Assembly (NCBI GenBank): GCA_043819555.1 | Contig: JBDREQ010000074.1 | Location: forward strand, 1-28,831 | From: Candidatus Zixiibacteriota bacterium | GTDB lineage: Bacteria; Zixibacteria; MSB-5A5; GN15; JAAZOE01 | Direction of reading: 5' to 3' | Length of the DNA: 28,831 nucleotides | In this document: piece after piece, positions 17,915 to 27,284 of the stretch | Layout of the letters: the number at the start of each line of letters is the position of its first letter | How positions within the stretch are numbered: position 1 is the first letter of the stretch | The notes under the pieces: model-generated | Databases searched by the model: none | The model's input: the letters and a program-made list of their open reading frames with translations, nothing else | Told to the model about the DNA's origin: nothing | Translations under genes and position numbers: made by a program

Positions 17915-20900
17915 ATGATAATCAAAGATTATATGAGCAATAGCCGGCACGCAGCTTTAGCGTTCCTGCTGACGATGATTCTATTAAGTTTTGGAACTCT
18001 GCCGACAACAGCGGGCACCGATTGCGAGCTAATGTGTGGCAGTTCTTTAGTAAATGAGATACATACCAAGCCGGCTGATTTGGCTGCTAGCCTTTGTCCG
18101 CGGCCCAAAGCCGGTTTTTGCGCCTGTCCTCGGTCAGGATGTGATACTTTAACCGTGAATTTCATAGATTATTCCATCGGGTATATTGATACCTGGCACT
18201 GGGATTTCGGTGATGGCCATACTTCCGATGAGGAATCTCCAATTCACTTTTACGATACTCCCGGTTATTACACTGTAACTTTAACAGTCACTGGACCCGG
18301 CGGAACATCGTCTAAAACCGAGACCGATTATATTGTCATAAGAACATCGCCGACAGCTGATTTTGAATTCACTATTCGCTCGGGATGCCTCCCGGCTACA
18401 GTAGATTTCAAAGACCTGTCGACTTACGCTTTATACTGGCACTGGGATTTCGGTGATGGTTCCAATTCTTTAGAGCAAAACCCATCACATACATATACGG
18501 CCGCCGGTACTTACACAGTTAAGTTGAAAGTCATGAATTTTTGCGGTCTTGATTATAAAGTCCGTGAAGTAATCATAACCGCCGACACCAAACCGATAGC
18601 GGATTTCACAACGGACATTACCGAAGGTTGTGAAGGCGCTACGGTTTCATTCACCGACCAGTCAATGTATGCCGATACCAGGGAATGGAATTTCGGAGAT
18701 GGCACTACATCAGCCGATCAAAATCCGACACATTCATACAGTTCATCCGGAACTTACACGGTTTCATTGACCGTTACCAACGAATGCGGCCAGGATACCG
18801 AAACGAAACTCGAATATATTACTATTCTCCCGGGGCCGATGGCTGATTTCGAATACGACATATCCGAAGAATGCAACGATGGTACGGCAACATTTACCGA
18901 TAAATCAATCAACGCCTCAAGCTGGTTCTGGGATTTTGGAGATGGAGCTTCATCGACCGATCAAAGCCCAATTCATGTTTATTCAGCGTCAGGAATCTAT
19001 ACGGTTTCGTTGATGGTGACGAATGAATGCGGCGAAGATACTGAACATCGTGATATCAACATCCTGATCGGAAATGCCCCTGTGGCTGATTTTACAGCGA
19101 ATAATACTATTGGATGTATCGGTTATCCGATTGATTTTACCGACCTTTCAACCGACGCGACTTCCTGGCATTGGGATTTTGGCGACGGCGCCACTTCAGC
19201 CAATAAGAATCCTACCCATGCCTATGGTGCGGACGGAAGCTATACCATTTCTCTGGTTGTATCAAACGCTTGCGGGGATGATACTGAAGTTAAAGAGTTA
19301 TATGTCACAATTCTGGGATCTCCGACGCCTGATTTTACGGCCGATGAAACAGTGATATGCAGTGGTGAGACGGTTAATTTTACGGATTTATCGTCTAATG
19401 CCGATTCATGGTATTGGGATTTTGGAGACGGTGGGAATTCATCCGAGCAAAATCCATCACATACATATACCTCCCCCGGTTCCTTTACTGTCATCCTGAC
19501 AGTGACCAATGAATGCGGGCAGGATGGAATTCAGAGGACCAATTATATCACAGTGGGAATCCCTCCAATTGCCGATTTTGAAGTAAATCACTGGCAGGTT
19601 TGCGCAAACCAATCAGTTGATTTCTATGATCGTTCAAGCGATGCCACTTCATGGAGTTGGGATTTTGGCGACGGCTCAACTTCGAGTGACCAGAATCCGA
19701 CCCATAGTTATGCTGTTCCGGGATATTGTACCGTTTCCCTGACAGCATCCAATCGATGCGGCAGCGATAACGAAACCCGCCAGAACTATATTTATGTGGT
19801 TGAATATCCGGTTGCCGATTTTCACGCCTCCACTACCGAAACTTGCGTTGGCCATGAGATTGGATTTATCGATGATTCTCAGAATGCCGTAGAATGGTAT
19901 TGGGAATTTGGAGATGGAATTACATCGACGGACGGCCCAATCACTTCGCATTTATATGCTCAGCCGGGAGTTTTCACGGTTCGATTGACGGTCAAAAACG
20001 GTTGCGGTGATGATACTAAAACTCGCGAACAATATATCATCGTTAAAAATGGACCAACGGCTGATTTCACTCTTGAAGCAAGTGGTAATTGTGCGCCAAT
20101 GAACGTGAATTTTTACGACCAATCAACCAATGCTGATTCATGGTACTGGGATTTTGGTGATGGCGCTACCTCTAACGAACAACACCCGTATCACACTTAT
20201 CGATATCCGGGATACTATACAGTTACTCTATTGGTTTCCAATGAATGCGGTGATGATGAGATGCGGCGCGTGGATATTATTTATGTGGAATCCGGTCCTC
20301 TGGCGGGATTTACCGTTGAACATTCAATTTTCTGCGTTAATCAGGATATTGAATTCTTGAATACATCGCAAAGCGCCACCAGTTGGTTCTGGGAATTTGG
20401 CGACGGCGCCACCTCAACCGATTATAGTCCGACTCATCAATATGGGGCTTCGGGATATTATACCGTATCCCAAACAGCTTTTAATGATTGCGGTGACGAT
20501 AAGGAAACCAAAGTAGAATTCATATATATAACTCCATCCCCAATCGCGGAATTTTCGTATAATCCCGGCGAGGGTTGCGAACCTTTGACAGTTGAATTCA
20601 CCAGCCAATCGCAATATGCCGACGGACAGCATTGGGATTTTGGAGACGGAACGACATCCAATGATTATGATCCGACTCACACCTATACCGCACCGGGAAC
20701 TTATACCGTTTCACTCAGTGTTGGCAATTTATGCGGCAGCGATTTGGAAACTAAAACCGATATTATTACTGTTTTCCCGAAACCTATCCCTGATTTTACT
20801 TCGGATAAGAGATATATTTGTGCCGGCGAAACAGTCATATTTACAGATTTGTCGCAGCACGCCGATTCGTGGGAGTGGCATTTTGGAGACGGGGCAACTT

Positions 20901-23900
20901 CTACTGAACAACACCCATCCCATACCTATAATACACCCGGGGGATATGATGTTACATTAGTGGTTACCAACGATTGCGGCACAGAATTTGAATCTAGGAT
21001 GTACTACATCGGTGTCGATCCTCATCCGGTTGCAGACTTTGAGGCCGATTATAGAGAAGGCTGTGGTGGTTTGTATGTCAGTTTTACAAATCTCTCAGTT
21101 GATGCCACCAATTACCACTGGGATTTTGGCGACGGTACGACTTCTAACGCAGATTCTCCAGAACATAATTATAATACCGCCGGTGTTTATACGGTTTCTC
21201 TAACAGCATCTAACAGCTGTGGCAATGATACTGAAACCAAAATTGAATACATTCGCGTCCATCCTATGCCACACGCTGATTTTCGGACCGATGTTACCAT
21301 GGTCTGTACTACCGAACCAGTTTCATTTATCGATTTGTCAACACATGCCGATAGCTGGCATTGGGATTTTGAAGATGGTAATTATTCGAGTGACCAGAAT
21401 CCGATTCACACCTATGCTTCGCCCGGCAAATATGATGTTAGTTTAACAGTTTCCAACGGATGTGGCGATGACGTCGAATATCGCGCCGCTTACATAACCG
21501 TGATAGCTCCGCCGTATGCCGATTTTGGCGCAGAAATTACTGAAGGCTGTGTTGGCGAAACGATTTATCTCTACAATTTGTCACAAAATGCAAAATCGGT
21601 TTCGTGGGATTTCGGCGATGGAACGCAATCCGATCAATATGACGCTCAGCATAGTTATCCCGTTGCTGGAAACTATACGATCAGACTAACAGTATCCAAT
21701 GAATGCGGTACCGATTTCATGGAGAAGATGGAGTACATTACCATTTATCCCAAACCGGATGCCAATTTTTCATCGGATGTCAATCAAATCTGTACCGGCG
21801 GAACCGTGATGTTCAACGATGAGTCGCTTTACGCTGAAACATGGAGCTGGAATTTCGGTGATGGGACAACTTCCAGCGATCAAAACCCGACGCATTCTTA
21901 TACAGTTGCCGGAACTTATGATGTAATACTGACGGTAACTAATGAATGCGGCGACGATATTGAAACCAAACTCGAGTACATAACCGTATCGCTCCCTCCG
22001 GAAGCCGATTTTACTGTTGAAGTCAATAACGTATGTACTGGGGATGATGTCTATTTCATGGATCGCTCAGCCAATGCTGACGCCTGGTATTGGGATTTTG
22101 GAGATGGCGGAACGTCATCAGGTCAGAATCCTAATCCTCAGCACACCTATACCAGTCCGGGAGTATATACCGTTACTCTGAGGGTGACTAATGGGTGCGG
22201 GGAAGACACTGAAACTAAAATAGAATATATTACCGTTGGCGAAGGACCTTTGGCTGAGTTTACATCAGACAAAACCGAAACCTGCGCCAATACTTCAATA
22301 GCATTTACTGATTTATCAACCAGAGCGGATACATGGTCCTGGAATTTTGGCGACGGGATGACTTCATCCGCTCAAAATCCGATCCATACTTATAGCTCGC
22401 CGGGTACATATACTGTTGCTTTAACAGTAACCAACGATTGTGGATCAAGAGCTGAAACCAAAACTGAATTTATCACCGTGTCACCTGATCCGATAGCTGA
22501 TTTCGAATCAGAAATCAGAAATGTTTGTGCCGGTGCAGAGGTGTACTTTATTGATATGTCCCAGCACGCAACAAACTGGTTATGGAACTTCGGGGATGGT
22601 ACGACTTCCACCGATCAACAACCTTCACATTCCTATACAGTAGGAGGTGCTTTTACTGTTTCACTGACAGTTTCAAATGCCTGTGGAGATGATACAGAGA
22701 CCAAAGAGGAATTTGTTACAGTCACACCTGCTCCGATTGCTGATTTTAATACTGAAGTGAACGAAGGATGCCTCGGCGAAACCGTATATTTCTATAACGT
22801 ATCCCAGCATGCCGACTCATATCTCTGGAATTTCGGAGATGGCACGACTTCCCAGGATGTGAATCCAATGCATACTTATTCGGCGGCTGGTGTTTATACT
22901 ATCAGTCTGACTGCATATAATATTTGCGGCGATGATACTGAAACCAAAGTAAATTATGTTACGGTTTATGCCGGACCGATGACCGATTTCAGCGCTACAC
23001 CTACTTCAGGGAGTGCACCGATGGCCGTAAATTTCACCGATCTTTCAACCAGTTATTTGACAATTAACTCATGGTCGTGGAATTTCGGTGATGGTAGTTC
23101 ATCGATTCACCAGAATCCTGTTCACACATACACATCCCCGGGGACATATACGGTTTCCCTGACGGTAACCGATGATTGTGGCAATGATACGGAAACAAAG
23201 ATTGAATATGTCAATGTAATCGATACCTGCGCCGTTGACTTTTTTGCGGAGCCGACCGAAGGATGCGTCGAGACCGTTGTCTATTTCAATGGCAACTCAA
23301 TCGGCGATTGTAATATTGTCGCCTGGTTGTGGAATTTTGGTGATCCGGCCAGTGGTGGGCAGAATACCGCATCGGGCCAGATTGTCCAGCACAGATATCG
23401 GTTAGATGGCTCTTATACAGTAACAATGACGGCCGTCAATGACCAGGATTCGATTGTCGTTACGAAATCCGATTTCATCACAATTCACGGCGGCCCTAAC
23501 GCTGATTTTGAGGCTACACCCACAACGGGCACAGCGCCATTACTGGTCAATTTCACAGATATGTCCACGAGCGAATTATCTATCTATTTCTGGGAATGGA
23601 ATTTTGGCGATCCGGCCAGTGGTGATAATACCTCACTGCTTCAAAATCCAAGCCATAGTTATACTGCCGATGGCACCTATAATGTATCACTAATTGTGAA
23701 TAATGAATGCGGTGTCGATACGGCCTATGGCGAAATAATCGTGACACCGTCAATCTCAGTGATTAAATCTGTCGATAAACCGTTTGCCCGCATGGGTGAC
23801 GATCTCCTTTATACAGTAACGATTCGCAACAACTCTCAGGATATCGCCGGCAATATATTAGTGATTGATACAATTCCGGATTCGACCGGATATATAGTCG

Positions 23901-26464
23901 GCAGTATTTCTGGAAACGGTGTTTACAATCCAAACCTTGATATGGTGTCCTGGTATATTCCATACGTGAGCCCCGGCGCCGAAGAAACAGTATCGTTCAT
24001 GGTCAATCTTGACGGACCGTTTACAGCTTTCCCGACTATTGTATCCAATCAGGCAATAGCCTACATTGATGCTGTAGACACCAAGGGCGCTAATGCTACG
24101 ACTTATTATAGCAATATAGTTGAAACCGAAGTTGACCAAACGACCGGTGATGATCTGGGCATTGTCAAAGATGTCAGTGCGACACAGGCCTCACGCGGTG
24201 ATGAATTAACTTATACTATTACAATAACCAATGGTCGCGATGTCGCCAATAATGTCACTATCTTTGACGCCATTCCGGATTTTACAGCTTATGTAAATGG
24301 TTCGATAAGCATTGGCGGTAATTATAGCTCAAGTACCGATAGTCTGGTCTGGAGCCTGGGGACTCTGAATCCATTCCAATCAAGAATGGTTTCGTTCAGG
24401 GTAATTATTGACACTAATATCGTCGACAATATCAAAATCACAAATACTGCTCTTGTTCAGAGTTCTCTTGGCGGCAATCAGAGTAACGAAGTCATTACCA
24501 CGGTTAGTATGGTTCCGATTGTCATTACCAAGACGACCAGCACTCCAAGCGGAATGATCGGTGATTTGATGCGCTTTACGATTAAGGTCCAGAATTTTAC
24601 AGATGAACTCTTTACCGATGTGCAATTGACCGATACCATGCCCAATGGAATCTTTTATATTGGAGGAACGTCGCTTCTCGATGGTTCCCTCACTAACGAT
24701 CCGACCGGTGACAATCCGTACATTTGGGCATTAGGTGACCTACCGGCCAGTGGAACCCTTACGCTTGAATACACGGGTCTGGTCAGTGCCTCGGCTCAAC
24801 CGGGCGTACATGAAAACGTCGCCCGCGCTCAGGCGTTGCAGGATGAAATTCCGATATATTCCAACCGTGCCGTGGCCAGGGTCTATATCCTCAGTCACAA
24901 CCTCTCCGGATCAATTCGAGGTCGGGTTATCGTTGATTGCGATGGTGATGGTGTTGCCGATATGGATTCGATTCCATCCCCGATGGATATATATCTTGAT
25001 GATGGCTCTCACTCACAGTCGAACGAGCAGGGTATGTTCTACTTCAGTACCGTTCGGCCGGGCGAAAGAGTCGTTATGCTCGATGAGAGAGATTTGGATG
25101 GTTATTATGTACCGGATGGCGTCCAGTCTTCAGTCTTTGCCCACGTGCATGAGACTGGAGAATCATATATTCTGTTCAGAATTTGTCCGGATTACGCGCA
25201 TCTCAATATTGAGAAAAAAGCCTCGATTGTTCCGACGATTAAGCTGACAAAGACGGCTAATTTGAATCCGGAACAAAAATCCGATAGTCTTGGAGTTTTG
25301 ATAGATTATGAAATCGATATAAAATCGAATGGCTTGGCCGATCCGACTCGCGTTCGTGTCGTCGATTCATTCCCCGAAAGCATGAATCTAATTGTGGACG
25401 AATCGCGGGAACTCGTACCACGGGAAGACGGCAATAAGTTAACTTATGAAGTCACTGCGGCTCAGGAACGGATGCAAAAATCGATCTTCTATTCACTGAG
25501 AGATTTAGAACCCGGTATGCGCCAATTCCTGACCAACAAAGTTTTCCTTGAAGGCGACATTGAAAGGACAGGCCAGGCTGTCGAAACAGTAAATTCCGAA
25601 CCGATCGAAGTTGCGGTCGGACCATTCCTGTTGGCTCCGCCTCAGGATGTCCAGATAACTTTGACACCGGCGCTGTTTATCACCAGTAAAGCGGATTTAC
25701 TTGAACCGGCATTTCATCAGCTTGAGGCTGCGGCCGATTCGATCATGAAATACGCTGATGCCGATATCAAAGTTGAGGGTCATTGCGATTATCGCAAGAT
25801 TAACACTCCTGAATTTCCGTCCAACTGGGAATTGGGTGAAGCTCGCGCCAAAGCAGTGGTTGATTGGCTTGTGGTAAACCGTAAGATTGACAGCGACCGC
25901 CTTTCATATGAGAGCTTCGCGGCCACTCGTCCAATTGTCGAAGGTGTGCATACTTCCGAATTATTACAGCCCAACCGTCGTACGGAAGTTATTATCAAAA
26001 CTGGAATCGGAGGTTTCATGGATCCCGGCGCTATACCGGCCGGTGGTTGGTCCAAGACAACCACTATGAGTCTAAATCCGATTGCATTCGACACCGTTTT
26101 TGAAGCATCTCAGGCGATGCTTGAAACCGGACTGGATGATACCTGGGAAGTTATTTTGACAATTGAGAACACCAGCGCGATTGCGGCCGAAAATTCGACT
26201 TTGACTGACATTATTCCCAATGGCGCGGAGTTTATTGATAACAGCTCGACAATGAATGGCAATGATATAGCGGTTACTGTCAATGGTCAGAAATTGTCAA
26301 TTCCTATTGAGCGAATCGATCCGTCACAGAGGATGGAATTGCGTTATCGGATTCGTGCGATAGAAGGCGCCAGCCCGTCCGGCGGCGGTGCGGCCTCGAT
26401 TGAAGTGAGAACTGCGAATGATCAACCGGTAATTCAGAGTTCCAATGAAGTTCGCTTCAAATAA
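17915..26464 (+). CDS. Giant secreted protein: signal peptide, 23 PKD domains, DUF11 repeats, SdrD-B-like domain, OmpA/MotB-like domain, terminal DUF11
   Basis: AGGAG RBS overlaps the upstream stop. 23 Wx(F)GDG/P motifs. DUF11 motifs (KSVDK...GDDLLYTVTIRN...DTIP). GSIRGRVIVDCDGDG. VEGHCD...FPSNWELGEARAKAV...NRRTEV. Confidence 0.9.
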   Translation: MIIKDYMSNSRHAALAFLLTMILLSFGTLPTTAGTDCELMCGSSLVNEIHTKPADLAASLCPRPKAGFCACPRSGCDTLTVNFIDYSIGYIDTWHWDFGDGHTSDEESPIHFYDTPGYYTVTLTVTGPGGTSSKTETDYIVIRTSPTADFEFTIRSGCLPATVDFKDLSTYALYWHWDFGDGSNSLEQNPSHTYTAAGTYTVKLKVMNFCGLDYKVREVIITADTKPIADFTTDITEGCEGATVSFTDQSMYADTREWNFGDGTTSADQNPTHSYSSSGTYTVSLTVTNECGQDTETKLEYITILPGPMADFEYDISEECNDGTATFTDKSINASSWFWDFGDGASSTDQSPIHVYSASGIYTVSLMVTNECGEDTEHRDINILIGNAPVADFTANNTIGCIGYPIDFTDLSTDATSWHWDFGDGATSANKNPTHAYGADGSYTISLVVSNACGDDTEVKELYVTILGSPTPDFTADETVICSGETVNFTDLSSNADSWYWDFGDGGNSSEQNPSHTYTSPGSFTVILTVTNECGQDGIQRTNYITVGIPPIADFEVNHWQVCANQSVDFYDRSSDATSWSWDFGDGSTSSDQNPTHSYAVPGYCTVSLTASNRCGSDNETRQNYIYVVEYPVADFHASTTETCVGHEIGFIDDSQNAVEWYWEFGDGITSTDGPITSHLYAQPGVFTVRLTVKNGCGDDTKTREQYIIVKNGPTADFTLEASGNCAPMNVNFYDQSTNADSWYWDFGDGATSNEQHPYHTYRYPGYYTVTLLVSNECGDDEMRRVDIIYVESGPLAGFTVEHSIFCVNQDIEFLNTSQSATSWFWEFGDGATSTDYSPTHQYGASGYYTVSQTAFNDCGDDKETKVEFIYITPSPIAEFSYNPGEGCEPLTVEFTSQSQYADGQHWDFGDGTTSNDYDPTHTYTAPGTYTVSLSVGNLCGSDLETKTDIITVFPKPIPDFTSDKRYICAGETVIFTDLSQHADSWEWHFGDGATSTEQHPSHTYNTPGGYDVTLVVTNDCGTEFESRMYYIGVDPHPVADFEADYREGCGGLYVSFTNLSVDATNYHWDFGDGTTSNADSPEHNYNTAGVYTVSLTASNSCGNDTETKIEYIRVHPMPHADFRTDVTMVCTTEPVSFIDLSTHADSWHWDFEDGNYSSDQNPIHTYASPGKYDVSLTVSNGCGDDVEYRAAYITVIAPPYADFGAEITEGCVGETIYLYNLSQNAKSVSWDFGDGTQSDQYDAQHSYPVAGNYTIRLTVSNECGTDFMEKMEYITIYPKPDANFSSDVNQICTGGTVMFNDESLYAETWSWNFGDGTTSSDQNPTHSYTVAGTYDVILTVTNECGDDIETKLEYITVSLPPEADFTVEVNNVCTGDDVYFMDRSANADAWYWDFGDGGTSSGQNPNPQHTYTSPGVYTVTLRVTNGCGEDTETKIEYITVGEGPLAEFTSDKTETCANTSIAFTDLSTRADTWSWNFGDGMTSSAQNPIHTYSSPGTYTVALTVTNDCGSRAETKTEFITVSPDPIADFESEIRNVCAGAEVYFIDMSQHATNWLWNFGDGTTSTDQQPSHSYTVGGAFTVSLTVSNACGDDTETKEEFVTVTPAPIADFNTEVNEGCLGETVYFYNVSQHADSYLWNFGDGTTSQDVNPMHTYSAAGVYTISLTAYNICGDDTETKVNYVTVYAGPMTDFSATPTSGSAPMAVNFTDLSTSYLTINSWSWNFGDGSSSIHQNPVHTYTSPGTYTVSLTVTDDCGNDTETKIEYVNVIDTCAVDFFAEPTEGCVETVVYFNGNSIGDCNIVAWLWNFGDPASGGQNTASGQIVQHRYRLDGSYTVTMTAVNDQDSIVVTKSDFITIHGGPNADFEATPTTGTAPLLVNFTDMSTSELSIYFWEWNFGDPASGDNTSLLQNPSHSYTADGTYNVSLIVNNECGVDTAYGEIIVTPSISVIKSVDKPFARMGDDLLYTVTIRNNSQDIAGNILVIDTIPDSTGYIVGSISGNGVYNPNLDMVSWYIPYVSPGAEETVSFMVNLDGPFTAFPTIVSNQAIAYIDAVDTKGANATTYYSNIVETEVDQTTGDDLGIVKDVSATQASRGDELTYTITITNGRDVANNVTIFDAIPDFTAYVNGSISIGGNYSSSTDSLVWSLGTLNPFQSRMVSFRVIIDTNIVDNIKITNTALVQSSLGGNQSNEVITTVSMVPIVITKTTSTPSGMIGDLMRFTIKVQNFTDELFTDVQLTDTMPNGIFYIGGTSLLDGSLTNDPTGDNPYIWALGDLPASGTLTLEYTGLVSASAQPGVHENVARAQALQDEIPIYSNRAVARVYILSHNLSGSIRGRVIVDCDGDGVADMDSIPSPMDIYLDDGSHSQSNEQGMFYFSTVRPGERVVMLDERDLDGYYVPDGVQSSVFAHVHETGESYILFRICPDYAHLNIEKKASIVPTIKLTKTANLNPEQKSDSLGVLIDYEIDIKSNGLADPTRVRVVDSFPESMNLIVDESRELVPREDGNKLTYEVTAAQERMQKSIFYSLRDLEPGMRQFLTNKVFLEGDIERTGQAVETVNSEPIEVAVGPFLLAPPQDVQITLTPALFITSKADLLEPAFHQLEAAADSIMKYADADIKVEGHCDYRKINTPEFPSNWELGEARAKAVVDWLVVNRKIDSDRLSYESFAATRPIVEGVHTSELLQPNRRTEVIIKTGIGGFMDPGAIPAGGWSKTTTMSLNPIAFDTVFEASQAMLETGLDDTWEVILTIENTSAIAAENSTLTDIIPNGAEFIDNSSTMNGNDIAVTVNGQKLSIPIERIDPSQRMELRYRIRAIEGASPSGGGAASIEVRTANDQPVIQSSNEVRFK
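18100..23750 (+). repeat. Tandem array of 23 coding PKD repeats (period about 243-246 bp)
   Basis: TGG(G/A)ATTT(T/C)GG(C/A/T)GA(T/C)GG recurs, e.g. at 18200, 18443 and 18686. Repeats are divergent at DNA level but conserved at protein level. Confidence 0.93.
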
Positions 26465-26487
26465 TTAATTCGATATACTCCTTTTTG

Positions 26488-26523
26488 CTCCCCTCATGGA
26501 ATGCCGTGAGGGGAGTTTTTTTT
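26488..26523 (+). terminator. Rho-independent terminator after the giant gene
   Basis: 12-bp stem CTCCCCTCATGG / CCGTGAGGGGAG (one G:U pair), 4-nt loop, then T8. Confidence 0.9.
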
Positions 26524-26649
26524 GGAACAAATCCGTTTTTAATAAGAAATACCATTTTTCTCAGGCACAATTTATTAAATTAGTTGTTGCGGGTAGTAAT
26601 CAGCGGGGAATTAATTAAGTCAACGCAAATTATTTTTGGAGGATTAATA

Positions 26650-27165
26650 ATGAATGAGAGAAACAATGTCGTTAAGATGAAGGGTAATCCCCTGACTCTG
26701 CTTGGCAATGAGGTCAAAGTAGGAGCTTCCGCTCCGGCTTTTGAAATTCTCGATGAAGCCCTGTCGGTAAAAAACCTGGATTCATTTGCCGGCAAAATTG
26801 TTGTAATCGTATCCGTTCCATCGATTGATACGCCGGTCTGCGATATGGAAACTCGGAGATTTAATCAGGAAGCCGGAAAATTATCCGACGATGTCGTTGT
26901 TCTATGTATCAGTATGGACCTTCCTTTTGCATTATCGCGCTGGTGCGCCGCCGCTGGAGTAGAAAACGTAAAAATGCTGTCTGATCATCGCGATGCCTCA
27001 TTTGGAATGGCTTTTGGCGTGCTTATAAAAGAACTCCGTCTTCTGGCCCGGACCGTTTTTGTTATCGACAAGGAGAAAAAAATCAATTATATCCAGTATG
27101 TCGAAGAAACCACAGAAGAGCCAAATTACAATGAGGTGTTGGAGGCAGTTAAAAGCCTGCTTTAG
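26650..27165 (+). CDS. tpx: Thiol peroxidase (atypical 2-Cys peroxiredoxin)
   Basis: SVPSIDTPVCDMETRRFN and ISMDLPFALSRWCAA motifs. GGAGG RBS supports ATG 26650 over the ORF-track start at 26584. Confidence 0.95.
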   Translation: MNERNNVVKMKGNPLTLLGNEVKVGASAPAFEILDEALSVKNLDSFAGKIVVIVSVPSIDTPVCDMETRRFNQEAGKLSDDVVVLCISMDLPFALSRWCAAAGVENVKMLSDHRDASFGMAFGVLIKELRLLARTVFVIDKEKKINYIQYVEETTEEPNYNEVLEAVKSLL

Positions 27166-27213
27166 ATAATTATTCCCGGTAAATTTACTTGGCCGGATTT
27201 CGATATAATAATA

Positions 27214-27243
27214 CCCGGCGGGATATTTACAAATCCCGCCGGG
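27214..27243. terminator. GC-rich hairpin between convergent genes, probably a terminator
   Basis: Perfect 11-bp stem CCCGGCGGGAT / ATCCCGCCGGG with an 8-nt loop. AT-rich tail on the minus strand. Confidence 0.65.
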
Positions 27244-27284
27244 CTAGTGTTGAGGAGTTATGCCATGAGGCAAAGTATGCTATT

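Noticed and set aside
18100..23750. CRISPR array or DGR-like repeats
   Set aside because: The repeats are in-frame, degenerate PKD codon motifs with a period of about 243 bp. No cas or reverse transcriptase gene is present in the window.
1028..26795. Numerous short antisense or alternate-frame ORFs inside the main genes (e.g. 6101-6565, 11742-12113, 24735-25247)
   Set aside because: Shadow ORFs overlapping well-supported CDSs, with no motifs of their own.
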